A stretch of 63,037 nt of DNA, filler included, from Neoconidiobolus thromboides FSU 785 (Eukaryota; Fungi; Entomophthoromycota), in assembly GCA_025603075.1 (NCBI GenBank). It is 13 parts of 13 records of this genome, joined end to end, with 100 filler letters (N's around TTAATTAATTAA, not from the genome) between each part and the next. Parts side by side here need not be neighbours in the genome. Positions count along the whole stretch, not along the records: positions 1 to 19,287 come from MU626559.1; 12 more parts are not named here. One strand, given 5' to 3'. Position numbers and translations under genes: made by a program. The notes under the pieces were generated by a model. The model was not told the origin of the DNA, did not search any database, and worked only from the letters and a program-made list of their open reading frames with translations. This document shows, piece after piece, positions 1 to 9,834 of this stretch (positions are counted from its first letter, which is position 1; each line of letters opens with the position of its first letter).

Positions 1-1
1 T

Positions 2-622
2 GCTTTTCATATTCCAGAAAGTATTCCGTCCGATTATGCTGCTCCTTTATTATGTGCTGGTGCTACAGTATTTTCACCAATGTTAAGATATAAATTTAAA
101 GCAGGTGATAGAGTTGGTGTCGTTGGTATTGGTGGGTTAGGTCATTTAGCCATTATGTTTGCTAGTAAATTAGGATGTGAAGTAACTGCATTTTCAAGAA
201 ATGAAAGCAAAAAGGAAGAAGCTCTCCAATTAGGAGCTAAACATTATGTAGCAACAAGTGATGAAGGTCAATTAGAAAAAGCTAAAAACTCATTAGACTT
301 TTTAATTGTTACAAGTCCTATTAGAAAATCTCAATGGTCTCAAGTGGCCCGTTGGATGGATTTGGAAGGTAGAATTGTTTTATTGAGTTTGTCAAAGGAA
401 CCTTTAGTGCTTCCGCCTTTTTTGCTTAATGTCAAAAATTTATCTGTTACTGGTAGTTTGATTGGGTCTATCGATGAAATTAAGACTATGTTACAGTTTG
501 CTGCTGAGCATCAAATTTATCCTATCATTCAAAAGTATGACATGAAGCAAGTTAATGTAGCATTAAATCATATGAGGAATGGTGAGGCCAAGTATAGGAT
601 TGTGTTAGCTAATAAATTATAA
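2..622 (+). CDS. Zn-dependent NADP(H) alcohol dehydrogenase, ADH6/CAD family, copy A (5' truncated by window edge)
   Basis: Open frame from nt 2: AFHIPESIPSDYAAPLLCAGATVFSPM, GIGGLGH Rossmann motif, AFSRNESK, KYRIVL C-terminus; paralog of copies B-F. Confidence 0.95.
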   Translation, partial: AFHIPESIPSDYAAPLLCAGATVFSPMLRYKFKAGDRVGVVGIGGLGHLAIMFASKLGCEVTAFSRNESKKEEALQLGAKHYVATSDEGQLEKAKNSLDFLIVTSPIRKSQWSQVARWMDLEGRIVLLSLSKEPLVLPPFLLNVKNLSVTGSLIGSIDEIKTMLQFAAEHQIYPIIQKYDMKQVNVALNHMRNGEAKYRIVLANKL

Positions 623-1318
623 TAGAGATGAAATCTACACATCATTTCAATAAAGTACCTTTGTCCATGTATTCCTTTTGTCTCAGTAAACTTTTATATT
701 TAATATACAAAGTTATTTATGTTTTATTAAGACTACAGTTTAAGAATATAATTGATAAAAATTGTAATTTTTTTATTAAAATAAATCATTTTGTATATTT
801 AATCATACTTTTTAATTTCAACCTTAATTAAATGATTTATTATTCTTATTCATATAGCCTATTTTCTGTTTAATCCTTATTTAATTTTATTATTATTTAC
901 CCTTGGAGTAGTCATTGATTTAGAGTTTGTGGAAATTCAGATTTACCTACTTTTAACAGTGATAACTTTGGAGATGTTCAAATTAATTTCTGAATTTAGT
1001 TGAAAATTAACCCAAATATGAGTTTTTAAATTTATAAGTCCTTAATGTATGATTAGTTAAATTTAAAAAGCTTAAAATTAAATAAAAATTTGAATAATTT
1101 ATTTCAGTCATTTTATTTGTTTTAATTAATTTTTTTGATTATATAGGAATATAAATAAGACCAGATTTAATAAATTTGGATCATTATAAAAACAAGCCGT
1201 ATTATTATAATTTGGCATTTTATATTTAAAAAATAATAAAAAATAGTAAAATAATAAAATAACAAATAAAGTTTATTTTGATTATTTATCTAAAGTACTA
1301 AATTATGATTCAATATAT

Positions 1319-1417
1319 GAGAGTGTTTTTTTTGACTTCATTATTTTTTCCATTTTCTAAGCGCCATTTAAGCGGAAAATTTGTTAATAAAATTCTTAAA
1401 CACAAAAAAATATCTCC
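1319..1417 (+). mobile_element. ~99-bp MITE copy
   Basis: Matches family consensus GGG..GCTTCATTACTTTTTCC..AAGCGCTATTTGAG..AATTCTTAAACAC..CATCCCC; ATAT on both flanks. Confidence 0.85.
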
Positions 1418-1777
1418 ATATACAAGAGATTGTTTGACTGATTTAATGTTTAAAAATTTTATAAAAATTCTTGTTATATTGCTTATATTATATAAGGATA
1501 ATTAATTATAGTTTTAGGGCTACTCCCTCCCATGCAGTTCTTATTAAATAATATATCAATAATGTGATTATAAGGCTAAAATAGTTTATTTGTTTGATAA
1601 GAAATTTATAATATTAGGTATAAAGCAATTAATAATAAATATTCTTCAACAAAGTTTTATAGAAAGATACATTTACATACTACGACTTTGATTGATATCA
1701 ATATATATGTTATATTAGTAAAAGCTTTGCTAATCTGAGAATTTTTATTGAGTTTAGTAGAAACCCTGCTGAGTTAG

Positions 1778-2217
1778 TGTGAAATCTGGTACTCAGTGAT
1801 TGGAGTCAAAAGCAGCTATTGCCTAGTTAACTACACTATAAGTCGAAAGGCCTTAGTTTATGTGACTAAAATAGACTTGGATTATGAAAAATAATACGTA
1901 ATAAGTTATGGGCTATGTAAGGCAAATAGAATAGACAATACCATTGAGTAAACTTAGTGGCTTTATTAAATGCACGAGATATTAAGGAATAGTTCAATCA
2001 AAAAGCCTCGAGCTAGTATACTCTAAAATCTCTTTTATACTCCGAAAAGTATAGATATCAAAACAAGAGGATAACATCCTTTGAGACGAAGATAGAAATT
2101 CTCATATCAGATCAAACTAAGAGCGTGGGATTGGTTGTCTCTAAATTCGAGAACACAACAGCTTAAGCGATTATTATCGTATAATTAACCATGGGGCTGA
2201 CAAAGCGATATTTCACA
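1778..2217 (+). mobile_element. 440-bp solo LTR
   Basis: Termini TGTGAAAT...ATTTCACA (TG..CA, 8-bp inverted); flanks GTTAG/GTTAC (5-bp TSD, 1 mismatch); homologous pieces at 46.5, 47.8-48.5 and 51.4 kb. Confidence 0.8.
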
Positions 2218-2389
2218 GTTACAATACAAACTATAATAAAACAATTTAAAACTATGTCAAGTATTTTTAGCTTTCAATAAACAATTTATTTTTATAGAAT
2301 CTCAAGCGAAGTTTTTAAAATTTAGAATATTTAAAAATTACATAAAAAAATGAAACCAATTGGAACATCCCCATCTATTATATTATATA

Positions 2390-2482
2390 GGAGTGTTTTC
2401 ATGGGTTCATCGCTTTTTCGATTTTTTAAGCGCTATTTGAGTGGGAAGGCTCAGTAAAATTCTTACAAAAAAATACATTACC
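2390..2482 (+). mobile_element. MITE copy (diverged)
   Basis: TTTAAGCGCTATTTGAGTGG core and AATTCTT..ATACAT..CC end; a remnant end (AACATCCCC) lies just upstream at ~2364-2372. Confidence 0.75.
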
Positions 2483-2593
2483 ATACGTTTAAAATGTACA
2501 GTACAATTTTTTAACTGAAAATAGCTTAAGAACTAAAAGAGATGATTATGAGTTATTGATTTTTTTTAAATATCAAAAACATATTAAGTATAT

Positions 2594-2692
2594 GGGAGTA
2601 TTTTTTTTAACTTCATTATTTTTTCCATTTTTTAAGCGCTATCTGAGCGGAAAATTTGTTAATAAAACTCTTGAACACAAAAATACATCCCC
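2594..2692 (+). mobile_element. MITE copy
   Basis: Full length GGGAG...CATCCCC with ATAT/ATAT flanks. Confidence 0.9.
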
Positions 2693-3614
2693 ATATAAAG
2701 TATGTAGTATTAAATGAAGCTCAATCTTGGTAGTAATTATCTAAAAAGTGTTTTTTAATGTTAAAGAACTAATTTTTTTTAGAATCACTATTATTTATTT
2801 CTAATTATTTAAGCTATGAATAGTAAATATAAGTAATAACAGAATTAAATAAAAATTAAATTCATAGTTTCCATAAAAGCTAAAAAACGAAATAATAATA
2901 ATGCATTTAATCGGTTTAATAATACTGACAGGAATTGTTTTTAATAGAATATAACACTAATATATGATCTTAATAACCAGAAGGCTAAATAAAAAACAAA
3001 CATTCTCAATGAAATTCATAAACTTAAAAATCATCAGGTATTTCGTTACACTTCATTTTATTATTTTTAAAAGTACGCAAAGCTAGTAATGCTCAGTGTA
3101 GGAATTGTAAGTTTATCTAGTAACTTTTTTATACAATATTCTATTTCTTGAAACGCTATCAATATCTATTTAATCAATGTAAATGATTATTTGTACTATA
3201 AAAACGAAACATCTGATTTTTATAAATCAGTAAGATGTCAAAGCATGCTTATTTTTTGTTTATAAAAATACAACATCGAAATTACAATCAATGCTACTTC
3301 ATCAAGCTATTTGAGCTCATATCTGCCTTCTATACTATAACTTATTACTTTTACTCTATATATAACATTCTTAATTTATTATTGATCAAAATACTATACT
3401 AAGTATTCTTAATTATTGTTTGGTGCTAAAAAAACTCTTAAATTCCAAAATTAATAGTTCAGCCGTGACTCCGAATTGATAATGAAAATACAAGTTAAGG
3501 GGCATGTCGGTAGATCTTGCTTCAGCTTCCAATTGTGCTCATTTAGGATAAATCCAACTTCAACCAAAAAAAATAAAAGCGAAAATTAAAAGAAACTTAA
3601 ATTAAATTAGGAGG

Positions 3615-3621
3615 TATAAAT
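3615..3621 (+). promoter_or_regulatory. TATA-like box of ADH copy B
   Basis: TATAAAT ~45 nt upstream of ATG 3667; similarly placed boxes at 5989 (copy C) and 15346 (copy E). Confidence 0.45.
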
Positions 3622-3666
3622 AGTAGGCTAACTGTAGTAATCACTAAAACAATAATAATAATAATC

Positions 3667-4707
3667 ATGGATCTTATTAACGCCTGGGCAAGTCACGGAA
3701 AAAACGAAAAATTACAAAAGTTCACTTATGAAGCTGCTCTATTATTAGATGATGACATTGAAGTAGAAATAACCCATTGTGGTATCTGTGGATCCGATAT
3801 CCATACCTTAGACAGTGGCTGGGGGCCAACAGAATATCCAGTAATTGTAGGTCATGAGATTATAGGTAAAGTGAGCAAATTAGGTAGTAAAGTAACCAAA
3901 TTTCAACTTGGTGATAGAGTAGGTATAGGAGCACAATGTGAAGCTTGTCTTAAACCAGAATGCTATGAATGTAACTTAAAACAAGAAAACATGTGTCCAG
4001 ACGCGATATGGACATACAATAATCGTAGGAAAAGGGATGGGGCTAAAGCTTATGGCGGATATGCTGAAAAGGTTAGAGTACAACATAATTTCGCTTTCAA
4101 ATTACCAAATTCAATACCTTCAGATTATGCTGCTCCTTTATTATGCGCTGGCACAACAGTGTTTACGCCAATGTTAAGATATAAGCTTAAAGCTGGAGAT
4201 AACGTAGGCATCGTTGGTATTGGTGGATTGGGGCATTTGGCTATTATGTTTGCTAATAAGTTAGGATGTAATGTTACTGCTATTTCAAGATCAAATAAAA
4301 AACAAGAAGAAGCCATAGGTTACGGTGCATCAAATTTTATTGCTACTGATGATCCAGAGCAAGTAGCCAAAGGAAGTCGTACATTAAACTATTTAATTGT
4401 AACTGCATGTGCAGAAGATGCAAATTGGGAAATGTATTGTAGTTGGATGAAATTGGAGGGCAGAATCATTCTATTAGGAATACCCGAAGCCAATTTGTCA
4501 ATTCCTCCTTTTGCTTTATTATTAAAAAACTTATCTGTTACTGGTAGTTTGATTGGGTCTATTAATGAAATTGAACATATGCTCCAATTTGCTGCAAATC
4601 ACAACATTCGTCCAGTTATTGAAAGATTTCCTATGAGTGAGGTTAATAATGCCGTGCAATATGTACGTGATAACAAAGTACGTTATCGAGTTGTTTTGGA
4701 AAATTAA
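3667..4707 (+). CDS. Zn-dependent NADP(H) alcohol dehydrogenase, ADH6/CAD family, copy B (346 aa, intronless)
   Basis: CGICGSDIH catalytic Zn Cys, GHE, structural Zn loop CLKPECYECNLKQENMC, GIGGLGH, AISRS. Confidence 0.97.
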   Translation: MDLINAWASHGKNEKLQKFTYEAALLLDDDIEVEITHCGICGSDIHTLDSGWGPTEYPVIVGHEIIGKVSKLGSKVTKFQLGDRVGIGAQCEACLKPECYECNLKQENMCPDAIWTYNNRRKRDGAKAYGGYAEKVRVQHNFAFKLPNSIPSDYAAPLLCAGTTVFTPMLRYKLKAGDNVGIVGIGGLGHLAIMFANKLGCNVTAISRSNKKQEEAIGYGASNFIATDDPEQVAKGSRTLNYLIVTACAEDANWEMYCSWMKLEGRIILLGIPEANLSIPPFALLLKNLSVTGSLIGSINEIEHMLQFAANHNIRPVIERFPMSEVNNAVQYVRDNKVRYRVVLEN

Positions 4708-4915
4708 TGGCAACTTTTATATTTTTCAAATAAACTTCAGTTTTTTATTTATTAGGGTTTTTCTAAAGTAGTCTAACCTTTTATGCAAAAAAATAGGTCA
4801 TAGGTTACTAATAGTCACAATTTTTAAAATTTTTAATAAAGAATTATTTTACACAAATATCCTAATTTTATTACAACTATAAAAAATCAATCAGTTATAT
4901 TCCATAACCACCAAT

Positions 4916-5014
4916 GGGAGTGTTTTTTTTAATTTCATTATTTTTTCCATTTTTTAAGCGCTACTTAAAGTGGAGATTTTTTGGTAAAATTCTTAAACAC
5001 AAAAGTACATCCTC
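4916..5014 (+). mobile_element. MITE copy
   Basis: GGGAG...CATCCTC, family core present. Confidence 0.85.
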
Positions 5015-5100
5015 AATAATGAAATATTAATTGCTTTCTATTGATTTAAAATAGCTGGTCAAAAGTTTGAAACTAATATAGCAAAGAATTTTATTGATAT

Positions 5101-5192
5101 GGGGTGTTTTTTTAGCTTCATTACTTTTTTTTATTTTTTCCGCTTAATAGTACTTGAGATGAAGAAGGTAATGAAGCTAAAAAAACATCCCC
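5101..5192. mobile_element. Fold-back MITE derivative (two left ends)
   Basis: GGGGTGTTTTTTTAGCTTCATTAC ... GTAATGAAGCTAAAAAAACATCCCC; ATAT on both flanks. Confidence 0.8.
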
Positions 5193-6031
5193 ATATAGTT
5201 AATAATTTTTTTTGATTGGAACTTATTTCCTTTGATAATTAAGCCTAATTTTACAAAATAGTTTTATAGTTATTATTTTGCAACTTGAATCACAAAAAAA
5301 GGTCAGACCACTTAGAAAAATCCTAATATTTTACTAATTCCTAGCATATAACTTAAATTGAGTTAGTTTTGGTTTTATATTTAAATGAACAAATTGTTGG
5401 ATGCAAAAAAATACTCCCAAATTGTATAACAAACATTTTTTTGAAATTAATTAAAAATATTCTAAGCTGTTATTAAAACAGCCTAATCTTTTACAAAAAG
5501 TAAAAGGAAGTATATTTTGTTAGACTAAAAAGTTAGTTAAAAGGATAGTTTTTCTTAAAATACTAGTTAGGTAATTTTTTGGAATCCTAAATCCCAAATT
5601 AACTAGATAAAACAAGATTTTAGCAGTAGCATTAAACATAAATTTAATTTCAATTTATAATAAAGTATTTCAATTGCCAAATATGTCATATAGTTTTTAT
5701 CTACATTAAATTCCAAAACCTGAAAATCCCTAATCTATAGTTCAGTTTGTGATATCAAAATGTGATAACAAGAATGACAAAAAATTGATCCATTTAACTA
5801 AACAATATATATTGATCTCGTAATAATTATAATACATTATTTAAAAATTGCATTTAACAGTGTGAAAATTCATCAGATTATAGCCAAATAAATTCCACAA
5901 CTTTCTAAATAAAGTAAACCCATCTCGAATTTGATGTTGCCATAACTTAAGGGAGGAAACTTGATCTAGCTTAATTTAAACAAAAAACTATAAATAATCA
6001 TTACTTTCCCACTAACTTACTCATTAAAATA

Positions 6032-7072
6032 ATGGAAATAATAAAAGGGTGGGCATGTTTTGGAAAAGACCAAGCCTTAATAAAGTTCGAATATGAGGTA
6101 CCTCCTATCCTGGACGACTTTATTGAAGTTGAAATCACACATTGTGGTATCTGTGGCTCTGACATCCACATGCTAGATTCTGCTTTTGTACCAATGAAAT
6201 ATCCAATAATTGTAGGCCATGAGATAGTTGGTAGAATATCAAACTTAGGCAGTAAAGTTTCTGGTTTTCAGCTTGGCTCTAGGATAGGGATAGGTCCACA
6301 ATGTCAAGCCTGTTTTTCTTCCGATTGTGCCTCTTGCCTTTATCAACAAGAAAATATGTGTGACAAAGCGATATGGACCTACTGTAATAAGACTAAAAAG
6401 GATGGAACTCAAGCATATGGCGGATATGCCGAAAGAATTAGGGTTATGGCGCAGTTTGCTTATTTAATACCTGAAAATATCCCCAGTGATTATGCGGCAC
6501 CTCTACTATGCGCTGGAACAACCATTTATGCCTCACTGGCTAGATTGAATATACATAAAAAACACAAAGTTGGTATCTTTGGTATCGGTGGGTTGGGCCA
6601 CTTATCGGTAATGTTTTGTAAAGCTATGGGGCTTGATATAACAGCATTTTCTAGTTCTGAATCCAAAAGGAGAGATACAATGGAGCTAGGTGTGAATAAG
6701 TTTATAAATGTACAAAATGAAGAGCAAAGCTTATCAGTAAAGGATAGTATTGATTATTTATTTATAACAGGGAATATGGAAGGAGATACATGGGAGCAAT
6801 ATATTAAGTTTATGAAACATCATGGACATATTGTTTTATTAAGTATATCTAAGAATGACTTAGTTATCAATCCTTTGCTATTACTATTTAAAAGCATTAC
6901 TATATCTTCAAGTTTGTTTGGTTCTATTAAAGAAACAAAAGAAATGTTAGACTTTGCTTTGAAACACAATATTCGTCCCAAGGTTGAGAAATTTCCTATG
7001 AGTGAAGTTAATACTGCTATATCCTTAGTAAGAAAGGGTGGGGTTCGATACAGAATTGTTTTGGAAAATTGA
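6032..7072 (+). CDS. Zn-dependent alcohol dehydrogenase, ADH6/CAD family, divergent copy C (346 aa)
   Basis: CGICGSDIH, GHE, CFSSDCASCLYQQENMC, GIGGLGH, AFSSSESK. Confidence 0.96.
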   Translation: MEIIKGWACFGKDQALIKFEYEVPPILDDFIEVEITHCGICGSDIHMLDSAFVPMKYPIIVGHEIVGRISNLGSKVSGFQLGSRIGIGPQCQACFSSDCASCLYQQENMCDKAIWTYCNKTKKDGTQAYGGYAERIRVMAQFAYLIPENIPSDYAAPLLCAGTTIYASLARLNIHKKHKVGIFGIGGLGHLSVMFCKAMGLDITAFSSSESKRRDTMELGVNKFINVQNEEQSLSVKDSIDYLFITGNMEGDTWEQYIKFMKHHGHIVLLSISKNDLVINPLLLLFKSITISSSLFGSIKETKEMLDFALKHNIRPKVEKFPMSEVNTAISLVRKGGVRYRIVLEN

Positions 7073-7240
7073 TTTTGTTCCTTTTTTAAATTAATAAATC
7101 CTTTTGATCATTATTAGATATGTAGTTTATTTCTATTTTGTTAAAGTATTTTGATTTTAATATTAGTTTTAAAAACTGCTAATTTTTTTACTATTAGTCA
7201 ATATATTTAACGAATAAAACCTATTTTAAAATGAGAATAT

Positions 7241-7331
7241 GGGAATGTTTTCTGTTTCATCGTTTTTTTCATTTTTTAAGCGCTATTTGAGTGGAAAAGC
7301 TATCAGTAAAATTCTTAAAAAATACATCTTC
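7241..7331 (+). mobile_element. MITE copy
   Basis: Family core; ATAT/ATAT flanks. Confidence 0.8.
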
Positions 7332-8225
7332 ATATAGTAAATTTTAAATTTATAAATCTATAATTATTTATAGCAAATAAAACTTTGATAAAGCTATTTT
7401 TTATTATTATATAAGCTAAAAAAATTAGTGATTTATAAAAGCAATTATTAAAACAATCATACAATACTTATGTAAACGCATATTAGAAGAAACCATAGTA
7501 GCAAATTAAGTGCTAGAATCCTTAAAGTGGAGCGCTTGCTCCTCAAACAATGCTTTGACTCTTTGGGGATCTTAGTATATTGTTTTCATTATTCAACTTC
7601 CAAACCAAAATATACTTTAGATAATAATCGTCAAGTATAATACCATTGTATAAAAAACTTTATTTAATGAGCTGTTTTTATAAAAGAACAGTTTGCAGTC
7701 AAATATTTCTCGCTGCTTTAACTTATGGTCAATTTTATTTAATACGAATTTAATGCTATAAAAAGGGTTAAAATTGCTCTAAAACCTTTTATAGAAATAA
7801 GTTATCTTTTTATAAGTTAGTATTTAATAAGTTTGAAAGAAAGGAATTCGAAACAACATAGAATACTGCTAAATTTAAAGCGAAAATTTTACTCAAAAGG
7901 TGCAACTTATAAAGTTTGAGGAATGCTTACATGTACTGAATGTAATGAATTATTTTTGATTGTCATAAATTTTTATAAATCACTTGAAAAACAAAAATTA
8001 GAGTAAGGAATTTTGCAAACAATTTAAAAAATTAATTCAGCAAACAATTTAAAATCCAAAATCCCACTATTTCATTGGCTTTTTCCCAGCCAGCTTAAAA
8101 TTTTTTTTCGTGCAAAAGGCAGGGGTTGATTGGATGAACGATTGGAGAAAATTTACCACTAGTGCTAGCTTATCACCTTCTTTTGCTCATTACCTATCCC
8201 TTCTTTGGTTTTAATTGACAAGAAT

Positions 8226-8322
8226 GTAAGTATGCTCTTCAATTTTACACCAACTTTTTTTACACCATCAACAATCAAAAAAAAATATATCAACTATGAT
8301 ACTAACTTTGATAAACTCGTAG
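8226..8322 (+). other. Putative 5'-UTR intron of RPL30
   Basis: GTAAGT donor (8226), TACTAAC branch (8300-8306), TAG acceptor (8320-8322), 4 nt before ATG 8327. Confidence 0.65.
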
Positions 8323-8326
8323 TAAA

Positions 8327-8709
8327 ATGGTTAACGTTAAGAAAACAAAAAAGTCTTCTGAGTCCATCAACTCCCGTCTTGCTCTTGTAATGAAGAGTGG
8401 TAAATACCATCTCGGTTACAAATCAACCCTTAAGAGCGTACGTGAAGGTAAAGCCAAGCTTATCCTTATCTCCGCTAATTGCCCACCTCTCAGAAAATCT
8501 GAGATCGAATATTACGCTATGTTGTCCAAGACTGGTGTTCACCATTATACTGGAAGTATGGTTTTTAAGTTGAGATAATTTAAATAGTATATTAATATAA
8601 AATTTTAGACAATATTGAACTTGGTACCGCTTGTGGTAAATACTTTCGTGTTGGTGTACTTTCAATCACTGATGGTGGTGACTCAGATATCATCAAGAGC
8701 ACTGAATAA
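8327..8709 (+). CDS. RPL30: 60S ribosomal protein eL30; exons 8327-8555 and 8609-8709
   Basis: [37 protein letters not shown] / [29 protein letters not shown]; GTATGG..TTAG intron restores frame. Confidence 0.97.
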
Positions 8710-9834
8710 GCGTTAAGCTAAAAATGTTTAATAAATTCAGCTTTATATAGGCCACTAACTTAACCTGTAAAAGTCAAAAATAATTAATATATTGAATATA
8801 CATTTTATGTGGAAAGTTTTATGACGAATAGTGTTTTATTTTAAAGTTTATTAAATCAATTTGCCGTATGGTCAAATGGTCTTTATTGATAGAGCTATGT
8901 TTGTTGCCACTTTAAAGGTAGTTTACGTTTTTATTTAATATTTAAGGCAACCGGTTAATAATTACCCAGTTTAAATTCATGGGAATACTATAAACGGATT
9001 TGAGAATTGCAATGACTATTAAGAAAAGTATGGTATAGAATCAGTTCATTGTAGATTTTTAATTTATAGTCCATTTGATACAATGTTATGATAGTTATTA
9101 GGTTTAGATAAACAATAATGTAATTTAATGAAGTAATAGTTATATGTTCAAACAATTAGAATATTTATGTTATTTTTTAAAAAATTTGTAATAAAAAAAT
9201 ATTTTCGTATATTTGACTTTTTATCAAATTCGATTAGATATTTTGTTTATAATAGCTGATTTTTGTTATACTTTATACTCTACTATAAGGAAACTTGAGA
9301 TAATATTTAAAAAGAATAATAAATAAAGTTATCTTTAATTTATACTTTATAAGTCTAATTGGATTACATTTTTAATTTTTGTCTATTAATATTTCATTTA
9401 GCAAGTAAAAAAATGAGTAAATCTCAATTTTTATTTTAAGTATTATAACTTTAATCAACAAAACCAGGATTAAAAACAATAAAATTAAAGATAAAATAAA
9501 ACTTCATCCGTTTATCAATATATTAAAATTATTTAAAAACAAAATTACTAATATATGATTAAATAATAAAACAAGACAAGGTTTTAGAAAATAAAAAAAT
9601 AAAATTTATTAGTTTTTTTTGTTAAAGTATTCAAATAAATCATTACAATTAAAATATTTAAATTTTCATATAAATTAATCTTAAGAATGTTCACAATAAC
9701 TAACAAAACTTAAGAAAAACTAAAATCTTTATTAGAGCATAAATTAAAGTTCATTAAAGAACATGTGTTTAGTATAAATTTAATTAAAACATGGTTTACC
9801 CTATAAACAATAAACAAGAAAAAGAATCATTCTT

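Noticed and set aside
628-1505. Short ORFs 628-831 and 1305-1505 (also 18780, 20797, 43602, 51537, 52669, 59050, 62546)
   Set aside because: AT-rich Phe/Ile/Leu/Lys chance frames; 1305 and 51537 are read through MITEs
3940-4000. Five-Cys structural zinc loop as a novelty
   Set aside because: The Cx4Cx2Cx7C spacing is, to my knowledge, common in fungal ADH6-type enzymes
4125-4713. Antisense or overlapping ORFs within ADH, RPL30, zinc-finger, F-box, OCRL, NXT3 and AGC1 genes
   Set aside because: Shadow frames of real coding sequence with no independent motifs
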